63,962 bases of DNA, filler included, from an uncultured Myxococcia bacterium (GCA_964617105.1; 8 parts of 8 records of this genome joined end to end with filler, not necessarily neighbours in it); one strand, 5' to 3'. Shown: positions 1 through 11,809, counted from the first letter of the whole stretch. The notes: a model not told the origin generated them from the sequence alone. Made by a program: numbers and translations.

Positions 1-232
1 CTCCCCGGTCTGAGGATTCCTCCCCATACGCTCCTCTTTCTCCCGCACCTGCCAGGTGCCAGGTGCCGAAGCCGGAGATCTTCACGTCGTGGCCGGCGGC
101 CAGGGACTCCTTTATGCTGTCGAGGAAGATCTCTACCAGCTCGGCGCACTCGGTCTGGGAATAGCCATTTGAGCCGAGTGTGCTAGTGCCGAAGGTTTCT
201 ACCAGAGTGTCTATCAGGTCTGCTTTGGTCAT
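1..232 (-). pseudogene. Integration host factor (IHF/HU family) subunit gene, frameshifted; runs off the window start
   Basis: Manual translation from the ATG at 232 gives MTKADLIDTLVETFG..YSQTECAELVEIFLDSIKESLAAGHDVKISGFGTW. A tandem 7-bp duplication (GCCAGGT x2, 51-64) shifts the frame; removing it restores QVREKEERMGRNPQTGE, the IHF arm motif. Confidence 0.85.
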
Positions 233-237
233 ATTTT

Positions 238-330
238 GTTTGGTTCCGTGTTTCTTTGTTACTTTGTTTCGGTGTCTATGGATGTTTACGTGTTTCCGTG
301 TTTACCTGCTTCTGTTTTGTTTCTGCTTTG
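238..330. repeat. Degenerate ~8-bp tandem repeat array (GTAAACAC/GGAAACAC-like on the minus strand) upstream of the IHF gene
   Basis: Repeated GTGTTTC/GTGTTTAC/TTGTTTC/TTGTTAC units are visible on the plus strand. Confidence 0.45.
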
Positions 331-510
331 TTTTTTTTGGGGATTTTGATGATCCCAGCCTAGAATAATATTCTGCAAAAATCAACCTGGAAACATGGAA
401 CTTGGGGACTAGTGGCTTTTAATCATTTTTCCGCTTAAATCTCTTTGCTAATATTAATAATTATGGTTATAATTGTTAAATTAAACAACCTCAAGTAATC
501 CAAAACTATA

Positions 511-1170
511 ATGGTCCGTCAAATGGATGCATACGATGTAGAGAGACTTGTTCGAAAAGCCGGTGTTTTATTGTCAGAATCCCTGTTTTATTACTGGCCA
601 GTAGCAAATAAAAATGAGATTCCTGAGTTGAATATTACTCATCATTTAAGTAGCGTTTTTTTAAGTGCTGGCCTATATATTTATGGTCAATCTCTTTTAA
701 AGGATCAAGGTCATATTGATCTATTGGCTTTAGAACCATTAAAAGGTTACGAAATAAGGGTAGAGGTGAAAAAGTTATATTCTGCTGACTGCGCTCAAAA
801 AATTGTCATGGATATCCATCGGCTATGCGATTTCAGTTTAATACAGGACCATCTTGCTGAAGACATCCAAAAAAGATTAAAAAAAACAAAAAATAAACCA
901 ATGGGTTTAATAGTTGCTACAACCTGGGATGACAACATTGCTGATTGGTGGTGTAATTCAGAAAATGAAGAAATACCTAAAGGAAAGACATCTGAAAAAT
1001 GGAAAGATCTTCATAATAAATTAACCAATGACCAATTAAAAATATGGGGGGGTGTTTTATTAAGTGATGGATTGTTAGAGGGTCGAAAATCTCGTCATAA
1101 TTGCCCAGAAGAAAACATAAACCATCATACTCATAGGCTACTCTATGCGATTTATGAGTTTTCAGAGTAA
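511..1170 (+). CDS. Hypothetical protein, possible PD-(D/E)XK nuclease fold
   Basis: 219-aa AT-rich ORF with an E...HIDLLA...VEVKK pattern resembling the PD-(D/E)XK core. Confidence 0.5.
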   Translation: MVRQMDAYDVERLVRKAGVLLSESLFYYWPVANKNEIPELNITHHLSSVFLSAGLYIYGQSLLKDQGHIDLLALEPLKGYEIRVEVKKLYSADCAQKIVMDIHRLCDFSLIQDHLAEDIQKRLKKTKNKPMGLIVATTWDDNIADWWCNSENEEIPKGKTSEKWKDLHNKLTNDQLKIWGGVLLSDGLLEGRKSRHNCPEENINHHTHRLLYAIYEFSE

Positions 1171-1245
1171 AAGAAAAGGTTTTTTGAAACAGCACATGGA
1201 TTGCATTTTACCTTGTTTTTATATTTTTCACCTTTTACATAAAGT

Positions 1246-3105
1246 ATGAATACCAGTATGTATGAACTTGAAGTAATTCAATCAGACGGACGGAAATATT
1301 TTTTCTCTTTGCCGGAAGGGTCGATTATCGTTGGCCGGATTCCTGAATGTGACATTGTTTTTAACGATACATCTGTTTCCAGAAGGCATGTTGAAATAAC
1401 TAATACCAATTCGCTAATTAAAATCAGGGATCTTGGCAGCAGAAACGGATTTGTTTTGAATGAAAGAAAAACAAAGGTTTCTGTTCTGCAACTCGAAGAT
1501 ATTGTTCGTCTAGGCGACAACCAAATTATTCTTCGGAAAAAAGAGGAGGAAATTTTACCTGAAGACAATCAGATTGACTATCAGGATATTCCCACCAGTG
1601 AAATCGTCAAAGATGTCACCGATAACTATATAATTAAATCCGGGGAGAAAACACTTTTTCATCCTCTGCATCAAAAGCCTGCGCAAACCTTTGCAGAAAA
1701 TAAAGGTCAACTTTCCGAATTTGAATCGCTGGCACTTCTTTTCCGGGTAAGTGAAAGAATTAATAGAATCGTTGACCAGGAAAAATTGCTGGAAGAAATT
1801 ATGTATATGGTTTTGGAAACCATTACCGCAGATACCGGTGTTTTGTTTGTCAAGGATGAAGAAGATGATTCAATGATCCCAATGGTAAAGAAACTACCTG
1901 ACTTCTTTGCTGCCAATGATGAGGCAGACCAGGACTGCCTCCCGGTAAGTAATTCGATTTTGAATCGAGTGGTGGAGCAAAAGGTGGGCGTGTTGTCCAT
2001 GGATGTCAGAGATGATGCCCGTTTTCAGGCCAGCGAGAGCATTTTTTCGCTGGGGATTACCTCTGCTCTCTGTGTGCCTATGTGGAAAGGCGATATGGTT
2101 ATTGGGGCGATCTATCTCTCCAGGAGCGGTAGTAAAAATCACTACCTGGAAGGTGACTTGGATTTACTGACTGCTATCTCACACCAAATATCCAGTGCGG
2201 TTGAAAAGTCAAGGTTGAACGAAAAACTAAGCAAAGAGATAGTTATTCGCCGCAATCTGGCTCGTTTTCACAACGCCGAAGTGGTTGAAAAACTAATCGA
2301 CGATATCTCTTCTTCTGGCGAAATCACTCCGGTTATGAAAGAGGAGTTAGTGACTGTTTCTTTTGCCGATATTGCTGGATTTACCTCGCTTACTGAACAA
2401 TTATCTCCTGATATTTTGACCCAATTGCTCAATCAATATTATTCCGCTGTGGTGGAGATAATTTTTTCCCACAAAGGAACTATTGACAAGTTTATCGGGG
2501 ACTGCGTGATGTCTATTTTTGGTGCTCCTTTTAAGATGGAAAATGATGCGGAAGGTGCTATCAACGCCGCTCTGGACATGATTGCGGTTATCGATAGAAT
2601 TCCGCTAGCACAAAAATACGGACTAAAACTCCATGTGGGTATTTGCACAGGAAAAGCCATGGTGGGTAATATCGGTTCTCAACACCGTATGGAATTTACT
2701 GCCCTTGGTGATACTGTCAATATTGCTTCCCGGCTGGAAGGTATGGCTGGTGAAAATCAGATATTGATAGCAGATACAACATATGGAAAAGTTAATACTT
2801 TGTTTGAGTTCCGAAAAGTAGGTGTCTCTAAATTAAAAGGAAAATCCCAGCAGGTGATGGTCTATGAAGTTTTGGGACGAGAGGAAGAAACTCAGGTTAC
2901 CGGTAAAGTCCCTGCTTTTTTCGATAGCCATGAAAAAAATAACTCGGCCATCCAATTTCCATTAACGCCTACAAAAACAACCAATATCCAAGATTTATTC
3001 CAAAATAAAATGCAAGACCGAATTCCTACAATAATCAAAACTATTCGCGCACCAGATCCAAATTCTCCTCCATTACCGCCACCATTACACAAGAAACGTA
3101 AATAG
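1246..3105 (+). CDS. FHA-GAF-class III adenylate/guanylate cyclase
   Basis: FHA motifs (VGRIPECDI, SVSRRH, DLGSRNG); GAF (SALCVPM..IGAIYL); cyclase motifs FADIAGFT, DKFIGDCVM, GDTVNIASRLE. Confidence 0.93.
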   Translation: MNTSMYELEVIQSDGRKYFFSLPEGSIIVGRIPECDIVFNDTSVSRRHVEITNTNSLIKIRDLGSRNGFVLNERKTKVSVLQLEDIVRLGDNQIILRKKEEEILPEDNQIDYQDIPTSEIVKDVTDNYIIKSGEKTLFHPLHQKPAQTFAENKGQLSEFESLALLFRVSERINRIVDQEKLLEEIMYMVLETITADTGVLFVKDEEDDSMIPMVKKLPDFFAANDEADQDCLPVSNSILNRVVEQKVGVLSMDVRDDARFQASESIFSLGITSALCVPMWKGDMVIGAIYLSRSGSKNHYLEGDLDLLTAISHQISSAVEKSRLNEKLSKEIVIRRNLARFHNAEVVEKLIDDISSSGEITPVMKEELVTVSFADIAGFTSLTEQLSPDILTQLLNQYYSAVVEIIFSHKGTIDKFIGDCVMSIFGAPFKMENDAEGAINAALDMIAVIDRIPLAQKYGLKLHVGICTGKAMVGNIGSQHRMEFTALGDTVNIASRLEGMAGENQILIADTTYGKVNTLFEFRKVGVSKLKGKSQQVMVYEVLGREEETQVTGKVPAFFDSHEKNNSAIQFPLTPTKTTNIQDLFQNKMQDRIPTIIKTIRAPDPNSPPLPPPLHKKRK

Positions 3106-3127
3106 GATTTTAACCAGGGCTGAAAAC

Positions 3128-5077
3128 ATGGCAGATTCAAATGGATTTCCAAGAGAGTTTGGTAAATACCAATTACTAAACAAAATAAGCCAGGGCGGTA
3201 TGGCAGAGGTGTTTCTGGCAGTTTCTGAAACTCTGGAGGGGATCAGAAAGCGTCTAGCCATTAAAAAAATTCTACCAGAATTGCATCAGAAGGATTTTAT
3301 CACTAAATTTCTTGACGAAGCCCGGCTGAGTCTCCATTTAAGCCATAAAAATATTGTTCAGGTGTTTGATGTGGGTGAAGTGGGTGGTGAGTATTACCTG
3401 GCCATGGAATTTATCGATGGTATGGATTTGCGCAAGATGCAATGGGAGTGCGACCGGCGTAACATTACAGTTCCATTGAGTATTGTTTTATATATCATCA
3501 ACGAAATCTGTGAAGGACTCGCCTATGCTCACCGGCTCATTGATGAAAATGGTCATCCATTACAACTGATTCACAGGGATATCAGCCCTCAGAATATTCT
3601 CATTTCTCGTCATGGCGAAGTTAAGATAATGGACTTCGGCATTGCCAAGGCAGCTTCCAATGTAAGTATGACCAGAGAAGGTATAGTTCTGGGCAAAATT
3701 GGATATATGTCACCAGAACAGGCCCGAGGCGACCAAATAGATCAACGAAGTGATATTTTTGCGGTGGGTATTCTTTTTCATGAACTTTTAACCGGGACAA
3801 AACTCTACCAAAGTGACAGTCAGGTTTCGTTATTGAAAACTGTCAGTTATCCATCAATAAAGCCTCCACAGAGACCAGAAGAAAAGATACCTGGAGATAT
3901 TAACGCTATTGTGATGAAGTCTTTGGAAGTGCAGACCAAAAGGCGTTATCAATCCATTGATGAGATGCTTGAAGACCTTCACAACAGTATCTCCTTTAGG
4001 GAGTTAATCACCTCAACTTCAGTGATGAAACGGTTTGTTGCCATGATGGAGCAGCAAAAGGCGGATGGAATTCACGAAATGTTAAAAGGAGAACGGTGTT
4101 CTGATTCCTATCAACCGACAACCGCCAGCGAAAGTTACAGTGTCGCTCGGTTAAAAGAACAGCAAAAAGAAACTACCTATAACTCTTCATTTAGTTCTTC
4201 ATCCATCAGTTTTACCGATTTTCTAAAAATGAAAGGTTTTAGCAGGCGGAAACTTCTGGCTACCGGCATTGCCGCCACTCTTTTAATCGTGACTGTGGTT
4301 TCACTGATTTTTCTTTTACCTGTGGACCAAAAAGCTGGCAGCAGAAATGATCTTGATGATAAAAACAAAACGGATGTGGTTGGAAATACTGAATCGACAA
4401 CAACTTCATCCCAAAAGATTAACGCATTCGAAGCCATAGATTTAAAAGATGAATTTAAGAAACAGGCTCATAAATTGGGTGAAGAAAAAGAGAATACTTT
4501 GGATGGTGTAAAGGAAGCGCCGCAGAATAAACTTGAAAAACCCCCAGGTAAAAATTTGAAAATAATCAAGGCTGATGATCAAAAAAGAGCGCTGCATAAG
4601 TCAAATTTGAATAAAACACGGGCAAGGGTATCGAAAATTAAAGAGAGACAAAAACGAAGAAACGTGGCGGTGTTAAAAACCAATAATCACCAAAAAGAGA
4701 ATATTTCTTCTTTATATAAAAAAAACATGCGCAAGGTAATAAGAGTATTTAAACACCGGGGAATAATAAAGGGCGATGACCGGCAATTGGATAATTTATG
4801 GGCCAGATGTATGCTGTTGGGCCGAAATAAAAAATATCAACAGGCTGTTGAATATTCCCAAAAGACGATTGAGTATGCCCGTGCCATACAAATTGACCGT
4901 AATTTTGTCTGGAAAAAAATGAATCGTCTGAATGAGCAAAGAAAAATAAGACAATTGAGCACTAACCAGGCCAAAAAATTTGACGCTTTGACCAAAAAGA
5001 TTATGCAGTTTTTGGTCCAAAAAAAATTTGATTTGATGAACAGAGAACTCAACCGGGGTTTCGAGAGTCTTAAATAG
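3128..5077 (+). CDS. Hanks-type Ser/Thr protein kinase with TM segment and extracytoplasmic C-terminus
   Basis: GGMAEV, AIKK, HRDISPQN, DFGIAK, YMSPEQ motifs; hydrophobic segment near aa 377-397. Confidence 0.95.
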   Translation: MADSNGFPREFGKYQLLNKISQGGMAEVFLAVSETLEGIRKRLAIKKILPELHQKDFITKFLDEARLSLHLSHKNIVQVFDVGEVGGEYYLAMEFIDGMDLRKMQWECDRRNITVPLSIVLYIINEICEGLAYAHRLIDENGHPLQLIHRDISPQNILISRHGEVKIMDFGIAKAASNVSMTREGIVLGKIGYMSPEQARGDQIDQRSDIFAVGILFHELLTGTKLYQSDSQVSLLKTVSYPSIKPPQRPEEKIPGDINAIVMKSLEVQTKRRYQSIDEMLEDLHNSISFRELITSTSVMKRFVAMMEQQKADGIHEMLKGERCSDSYQPTTASESYSVARLKEQQKETTYNSSFSSSSISFTDFLKMKGFSRRKLLATGIAATLLIVTVVSLIFLLPVDQKAGSRNDLDDKNKTDVVGNTESTTTSSQKINAFEAIDLKDEFKKQAHKLGEEKENTLDGVKEAPQNKLEKPPGKNLKIIKADDQKRALHKSNLNKTRARVSKIKERQKRRNVAVLKTNNHQKENISSLYKKNMRKVIRVFKHRGIIKGDDRQLDNLWARCMLLGRNKKYQQAVEYSQKTIEYARAIQIDRNFVWKKMNRLNEQRKIRQLSTNQAKKFDALTKKIMQFLVQKKFDLMNRELNRGFESLK

Positions 5078-5104
5078 TTAATTAGCAAAATAGGCAATAC
5101 AAAG

Positions 5105-6103
5105 ATGATAAGCGAAAAAAAATGTTTTAAGAAATGGCGATTGATTTTTTTCTATATAATAATTGTAACTCTTTTGCTTATCCCTTGTTTATCCATGGCA
5201 AAAGAAAAGATTGTCGTGGTTACAATGGGAAAAATCGGCGTCAGTGATGAAGTAGTTCAGAAACTTGAACAGCAGGTGGAAATCCAACTGGATCAGTTTT
5301 GTTTTTTTGAAGTTATCTCAGGTGTCGAAGCCCGCAGAAAACTAAAGCACGGTTTTTTCAAGACTTTGCTTGATTGCAACACAGATATAGCTTGTCTCGA
5401 TGCTGCTCAGACGTTGCAGGCAGATAGCCTATTTTTTATTACTCCAATGAAACTCGGTGAAAATTTTAGTCTTGAGAGTCAGTATTTTAAAGTATCCTCT
5501 GCCAAAGTGGAAAAGAGTTTCAGCAAAGTGATAAAAAATTTGGATCATCATCAGTTGGCTGTAGAGATCATTGAACAAATTTTTTATGACCTGGCTTATA
5601 AAGAGAGGCATGGCAAAATAACCTTGCAAATGAATGTGGAAGGTGCTCAGGTAATAATTGATAAACAAAATTTTACAGCATCAAAAAAACAATTAATAGA
5701 TGTTTCTGCGGGAAAACACCGTATTTATGTGAAGAAAAACGGTTTTGTGCCAATTGAAAAAGAAGTGGCGATTGAAAAATGTCAAGAAAAGCCTCTGGTG
5801 CTGGAGATGACCAAACTCAAACTGCATCCAGAAAAAATGGGTATAGGTTCGGTAAAGGAGGTGGAAAAAGGTATGAGTTTTCCATCAAGTTTGCCCAAAG
5901 CAGTTAAGTTAGCGCCTAAAAAAAAGCCCTGGTACAAAAAGTGGTGGGTGTGGACATTGGCGGGGGTTGTGGTAGCAGGAGGAGCGGCCGGGATTGTGGC
6001 GATGACCGGTGGTGATGAAATCCCCTCGGATCCGGGAGGTTCTTCTGAAGGCAATAAAGATTTTAGTGTAAAATTCAATGTTCCCAATCCGCCTATTCAA
6101 TGA
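5105..6103 (+). CDS. PEGA domain-containing exported protein
   Basis: Signal peptide; PEGA-like EGAQVIID..VSAGKHRIYVKKNGF; C-terminal PWYKKWWVWT-hydrophobic motif typical of myxobacterial PEGA proteins. Confidence 0.8.
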   Translation: MISEKKCFKKWRLIFFYIIIVTLLLIPCLSMAKEKIVVVTMGKIGVSDEVVQKLEQQVEIQLDQFCFFEVISGVEARRKLKHGFFKTLLDCNTDIACLDAAQTLQADSLFFITPMKLGENFSLESQYFKVSSAKVEKSFSKVIKNLDHHQLAVEIIEQIFYDLAYKERHGKITLQMNVEGAQVIIDKQNFTASKKQLIDVSAGKHRIYVKKNGFVPIEKEVAIEKCQEKPLVLEMTKLKLHPEKMGIGSVKEVEKGMSFPSSLPKAVKLAPKKKPWYKKWWVWTLAGVVVAGGAAGIVAMTGGDEIPSDPGGSSEGNKDFSVKFNVPNPPIQ

Positions 6104-6112
6104 GGTTAATAA

Positions 6113-8141
6113 ATGCCCAAAAAAATCGTATATTTTTTGTCTGTTCTATTTCTATTAATGATTTCAGGTAATCTTTCCTGCCTCGATTCCTCCCAAAAAG
6201 GTGAGTTTGAACCGTTGCGAACCAGTATTGGACTAGCGCCATTATTTGAAAAATTATCCGGCCTTTCCAAACAGAGTTTTCAAGTCAACCTGACCTTGAC
6301 CTGTGGGGGCGATACAATATGTGATAACAATCAAACCCCTGATGTCAAAGGCGATGTTATTTTTAAGGTTAATAACAGAGAAAAAGCAAAAGGAGTGTGT
6401 TTATTTGTTTTTACCGTTAAACATAATGTCAAAGATAATGATGGTCTGATTTTAGCCATATACAAAGCACAAAAGAATATTGCCAAAGATTTTTCCGGTG
6501 AGATGGAGATTACTGAACAAGATTTTTCGGGACCACCGGTCTATCCAGATGATGATGGTGATGGATTTAGCAATTACCATGAATCTGCCAATGGGAGTGA
6601 CCCAAAAAATAAAAATGTAGTTCCAACAACCCAATGCCAGCCCATAAATGAAGTCTGTGATGGTCTGGACAACGACTGCGACGGCGCTACAGATGAGGAT
6701 TTATCGGCTGCTGATGCCAGTAAGACCGCCGGAGTCTGCGTAGGTCAAGTAAAAGTGTGCAGCGGAATTAATGGTTGGCAGGAGCCTGATTACTCAAATA
6801 TAACAGGTTATGAAGCCTCAGAAACGTCTTGCGACGGAATTGACAATGATTGCGATGGGGTTACAGATAAGGGCTGCGTGTGCAAGATTGGTGACAAACA
6901 GGAGTGCGGCAGTTCAAACCAGGGAGAGTGTAAAAAGGGAGAGATGGTTTGCCAACAGGGCGATAAATGGAGCCAGTGCCAGGGCAATGTGGAACCAGTC
7001 ACAGAGATTTGCGATGGCAAAGACAATGACTGTGACGGCAAGGTTGACGGGGGGTGCACATGCAAGGCCGGTGACAAGCAGTCCTGTGGCCAGAGCGATA
7101 TCGGCGAATGCAGTTTGGGAGAGCAGGTTTGTGACCAAAAGGGTAAATTCGGCGATTGTTCCGGCAAAATAGACCCAATCGCCGAGATATGCGATAACAA
7201 GGACAATGACTGTGATGGTAAGACTGATGAGGGTTTAACCATGCCGGCAGAACAAATATTGGGGGTCTGTCTTGGCCAAGAGAAAGTGTGCAATGGCGCC
7301 AAGGGTTGGGTTGAACCGATCTACACAGATATCCCTGGTTATGAAACCACGGAAATCAGTTGCGATGGCAAAGACAACGATTGCGATGGAAAAACAGACG
7401 AGGAGTTGCTAAACGCTTGCGGCCAATGCGGGGCTGTTACCACCGAGTTTTGTGACAATGTTGACAATGACTGTGATGGCATGACTGATGAAGATATCAC
7501 CGGTGGAATTTGCAGTGTGGAGGGCTCCCCTCTTTGCACTAATGGAGTGATGGTATGTAAGGCCGGTCAATTAAAATGCCTGGGCCCGCTGTGCAGTCGA
7601 CAAAAAGGGGTGTGCGCCGGCAGCACCAAACGGTGCGTGGGAGCATGGATGGAGTGTGAAATTTCTGATTATGGCGTTGATTACCAGGTGTTAGAAGATA
7701 GATGCGACTATAAAGATAATGACTGTGACGGAGAAATCGATGAAACCCATGCTGATTTGGGCAAAGCCTGTGATTCTGTTGATAGTGATCTGTGTAAAAA
7801 TGGCATATTTACCTGCAAAGCAGATGGCAGCGGTGTGGAGTGTGTAAGTGAAAGTCAATCTGATATTGTTGACAAGTGTGATCATATTGACAATGACTGC
7901 GATGGCGACACAGATGAGGATTATCCCGACAAAGGAGAAACATGTTATGCGGCTTTAGGTGAATGCAGGCGCAGTGGAAAAATGGTGTGCAACCAGTCTG
8001 GCTCTGCATTGGAGTGTGATGCCGTTGTGGCGCCGCCAAGCCAAGAGTTATGCAACAACAAAGACGATGACTGCGACGGCCAGACAGATAACGGCTGGCC
8101 TCTTGGTGGGCAGTGCGGCGAGGAATCACATATCTGTGGTT
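6113..8141 (+). CDS. Cys/Asp-rich repeat surface lipoprotein (putative metal-binding CDGxDNDCDG repeats), truncated at the contig end
   Basis: Lipobox-like NLSC; about nine ExCDxxDNDCDGxTDE repeats. Confidence 0.85.
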
Positions 8142-8241
8142 NNNNNNNNNNNNNNNNNNNNNNNNNNNNNNNNNNNNNNNNNNNNTTAATTAATTAANNN
8201 NNNNNNNNNNNNNNNNNNNNNNNNNNNNNNNNNNNNNNNNN
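8142..8241. other. Artificial contig linker (N-TTAATTAATTAA-N)
   Basis: Identical 100-nt linkers also occur at 16378-16477, 24590-24689, 32758-32857, 40876-40975, 48989-49088 and 57045-57144. TTAATTAATTAA places stops in all six frames. Confidence 0.98.
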
Positions 8242-11200
8242 CATCACCTTTATCATCAGTCTCCCCGCCATCATTACCTGAATCTTCTACGCCTCCATCT
8301 TGCTCAACCTCCTCGACACCTCCATCAACACCACTCTCCAGGCTGCAGCCGCCATCCTCCGCTCCGGTACAACCTCCATCACCATCTATAATCTCATCAC
8401 TGCCGCCATCTTCTGACTGATCTTCCATTCCGCCATCAGGTTCATCCTGAGGCCTGGCCTCCGCCTCTACTGCAATCTCCCGTGCCGCCACCTCCAGCGA
8501 ATTTTGCCCATAGCGGATAGTTACCCTGGCATTTATGGTCTGGCCCATAGCGCTCTGTGGCACTTCAGCCTCAAAGATCAACTCCTCTTTGCCCCCGGGC
8601 AAAAGTTTTTTCAAACCTGTGGTGGTGTCTCCAGACCAGGTGACACCACTGCCGCCCACAACTTTTCCCCCTTTTTGAGCAACCACATTATCCAAGGCGT
8701 CGACCTTGACCTCCGCCTCAATATTCTCTACCAAACCGGTACCCTTACTGTTGTCCACTATCACCGTATAGGTCAACTTATCTTTGCTATACACTTTTTG
8801 GCCTTCAACAGCCGATACCAGCATACGGCTGGCTGAAAGATCTTCTTTAGCGATTACCTGCACCGTGGTAGGATCATCCTTTTTAGGGGTTCCCGGGTCA
8901 TCGGTTAACAGCGCCTGGCTAAAAAAGGTAAAACTCTTAATTTGAGCCTGATTTTTGATAATTGTTCCATCTGGCACATCCAATTTTATCCTGGCCTTGT
9001 AAGTCAATTCCAAATTTGTATCCGCTTTTAATTCGCTCAAATCATTGGGCATATTTATATAATCCCATATCAAGGTATTACCATTGACCAAATCCGCCTG
9101 TCCCTTATCTAAAATCTCCAAATGGGCAAGATCAACCTTGTCAGACACCTCGATACTGGTATCCTCGCCATTGCCACTGTTTACTACGTTAATAAGGTAG
9201 AGCAGTTCATCTCCAGGATTTATCTGGCCACCGTTTTCATCCTTCACCGCCTTGATAGATTCCGTGAGATCAGGCCCTGGCGGAACCGCCACCAAATCAG
9301 TGCTGTCAAAATCCTGATCAGTATTGGAATCATTGCTGGCCAAAGTCTTAGAAAAGGATTCACTAGTTAAAAAAGCCTGGTTGCATATTGCCACTGCCCC
9401 CGGTTTTTCCCCTTTGACTATCTCCTGATTGCAGATCAACTCCGGCTGATTTGGCGGGGGCACGATAAGTTGGTTTTTTACCCGGGCGGAAAAGGAGAGG
9501 CTCACCTCTTTGCCTGGCTCAATCCGCTCCAGCGCCGGGATACTAGACCAGGTTATTTTTTTCCCTATCAAACTACCGCCAGCGCCAATATCGGTGGAAG
9601 CCACCTCCAGGTTGCTATCCAGAATATCAGTTACCACCACTTTTTTGGCCACATCATCGCCATTATTGCTAAATTTGATCAGGTAATCCAATTTAGCCCC
9701 AGGCATCACCTTTACTCCGGTTATCTCACCCTGCACGGTTTTACTCATTGCCGAGATATCTGGTTGAGCCTTGAGGACAATCACAGCTTTGCCAAGATAG
9801 GTTTCTTTGTCAACGGTAATCTGCTGTGTGGTCATCTCTTCGGTGCAATCCAAACGGTTGTCTATAAGTAGACCCCTGCCCTCGGGCACCAGATAAGAGG
9901 GTGGATAGGGCATGGTGAGTTGCGCTTCCAGCGGAATATAGGTGCAGTTGACAAACTCCCCCCCACCTTTGAGGATATGAACCGCATCTTTTACCTGGGC
10001 GTGAATTATTACATTAAAGTTACTATGAGCCGGTATCTCTAGATGGGACAGAGTTACCTGCAAATCGGTTAAATCTATACAGAGTGAGGGATCAGATGGC
10101 TTTATTTTGCAGGTGGCGCCGCTAATCTCTACTATTATACCCTCTTCTATGGGGATAAAAGATAAATTATCTGTGGCCTTCACGGTTAAACCAATCCGGG
10201 AAAGAGTAATTTTATCGATATTACCGGTACTGATTTTAATCTCTACCCGATCGCCAGGGCCAATCTCTGCACCACCACCCTCCAAACTGTTGAAAGTAAT
10301 TGTGCTCTTAGTCAGGCTGGGCGGCCTGATCATGGTTGTCACCTGGTTACTGTTTACCTGAAGTCCATCTATCTCTCCCTGGGCCTGGTTTCTAATCACT
10401 TCTACCTTGTCCGTTTTCACCTGGCTATCGATTTTAACCTGAAAACTGATAAAATGAGATGAGCCCTGCTGCCCAGCCGGGCTGACATCTTTAAAGATGA
10501 TCCCCTCCTCCAGTTTGGTTTTTCCTGCTATGTCCGCCATCTTCTGACCGTCAACAAAAGTGGTATCCGCAATATAGGCGGTATGCTGGGGTGGCGCGTC
10601 TTTTACTGTCAATTGCCCAATCTGAGTCTGCCCCGGGTTCTGGGCATATAGTTTGTAGGTAAGAGTTTTGTTGGGCAAGGCGGCCAAATAATTAACCTCT
10701 TTGACCAGACACTCACTCAATTTTGGATCTGAAGTGAGTTGCATTAACATTTTGTCTTTAAACAGAGTAGTGTCTATAGTGCAATTGGGATCTGGCACTG
10801 GTAAATATTTGATCTCTGCCTGGCCCGGATAGAAACAGGTTTCAGTTTTAACCTTAAAGTTGATGGGATGGCAATTAACCTTAGAGATGCCCCTATCCAA
10901 AAAGGAAGATAGATCCTGGATGGTCAAAGGAATTTGTATCTGGCTCAAGGTTTTAGCCGGCAATTCAAAATTTTCAACCCTAACCTGATGGTTATTGCGN
11001 NNNNNNNNNTGAATAACTTGAGCCTGTCTGGGCTAAAATGCTTGGTTATTGCGGATAAAGCAATTGGTGTTCTGATTGCTGCAAGTTGCCGAGGTAAAAA
11101 CCGGAGGTGAGGATAACTCCACCTCTGGAACCTCTTCGATGATTAAGTGCAAGCAGTCTATTTTTTCCTCCCCCTGGTTATTGATTTTAATTTGCAAATT

Positions 11201-11809
11201 ACCACTGGAACCTGGATTGGTGCCAATAAGGCCGTTATCAGTTTCCTTAAAGGAGATCTCTATCGGCTCCAACTGGTGAGATGCAACTTCGGTATGGAGA
11301 GTTAAAGGGTTATAAGTGCCGTCCTGGCATTTAACATATAATTTAGTAAGTAACTTGGCAGTGCCCGCGGGCAAAGTTTCCTTCACCTTGAACTGAAAGG
11401 TTAGAACTTTGCTGGCCCCTTTTTCCCCATTCTTTTGCAGTTTACCTATACTATAAAAAGCCTTCAGGGGAAAATCCTGGTTTACATCTTCCACCTTGGT
11501 TGAATCAACCTTAGTGGAAGCAGCCTGGTAGGTGACTTCCGGGTCAAGTTCCACTTTTATTGATATCTCTTCGGTTTGGACGGAATCTTCATTGACCAGG
11601 CCCACCTGAATTTTAATTATATCTCCTTTATCGGCAATGCTGTAATCGCTGGACATATGAGTTTTTACGCAACAAACCCCGGCGGCGGCCGAGATTTCCC
11701 TTTTGGCAAGTATGCTAAACAGCAGAATAATGACCAATATAAAAAAAACTAAAAATACTGGTCTTTTCCACGATTGATCTTGCCGGTTATTTATTAAAGT
11801 TAAGCCCAT
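8242..11809 (-). CDS. Large exported DUF11-repeat (isopeptide/fimbrial D2-like) adhesin; one gene split by a 10-N scaffold gap, 3' end truncated
   Basis: N-terminal signal/TM; repeats such as PGAKLDYLIKFSNNGDDVAKKVVVTDIL and PGDELLYLINVVNSG; acidic DGG linker. GGTTATTGCG occurs on both sides of the gap and joins the ORFs in frame (FIRNNHQVRVENFELPAK). Confidence 0.8.

Noticed and set aside
10990-11053. Apparent split of the DUF11 gene into two ORFs
   Set aside because: A 10-N gap with GGTTATTGCG duplicated on both sides; merging at the overlap restores one reading frame.
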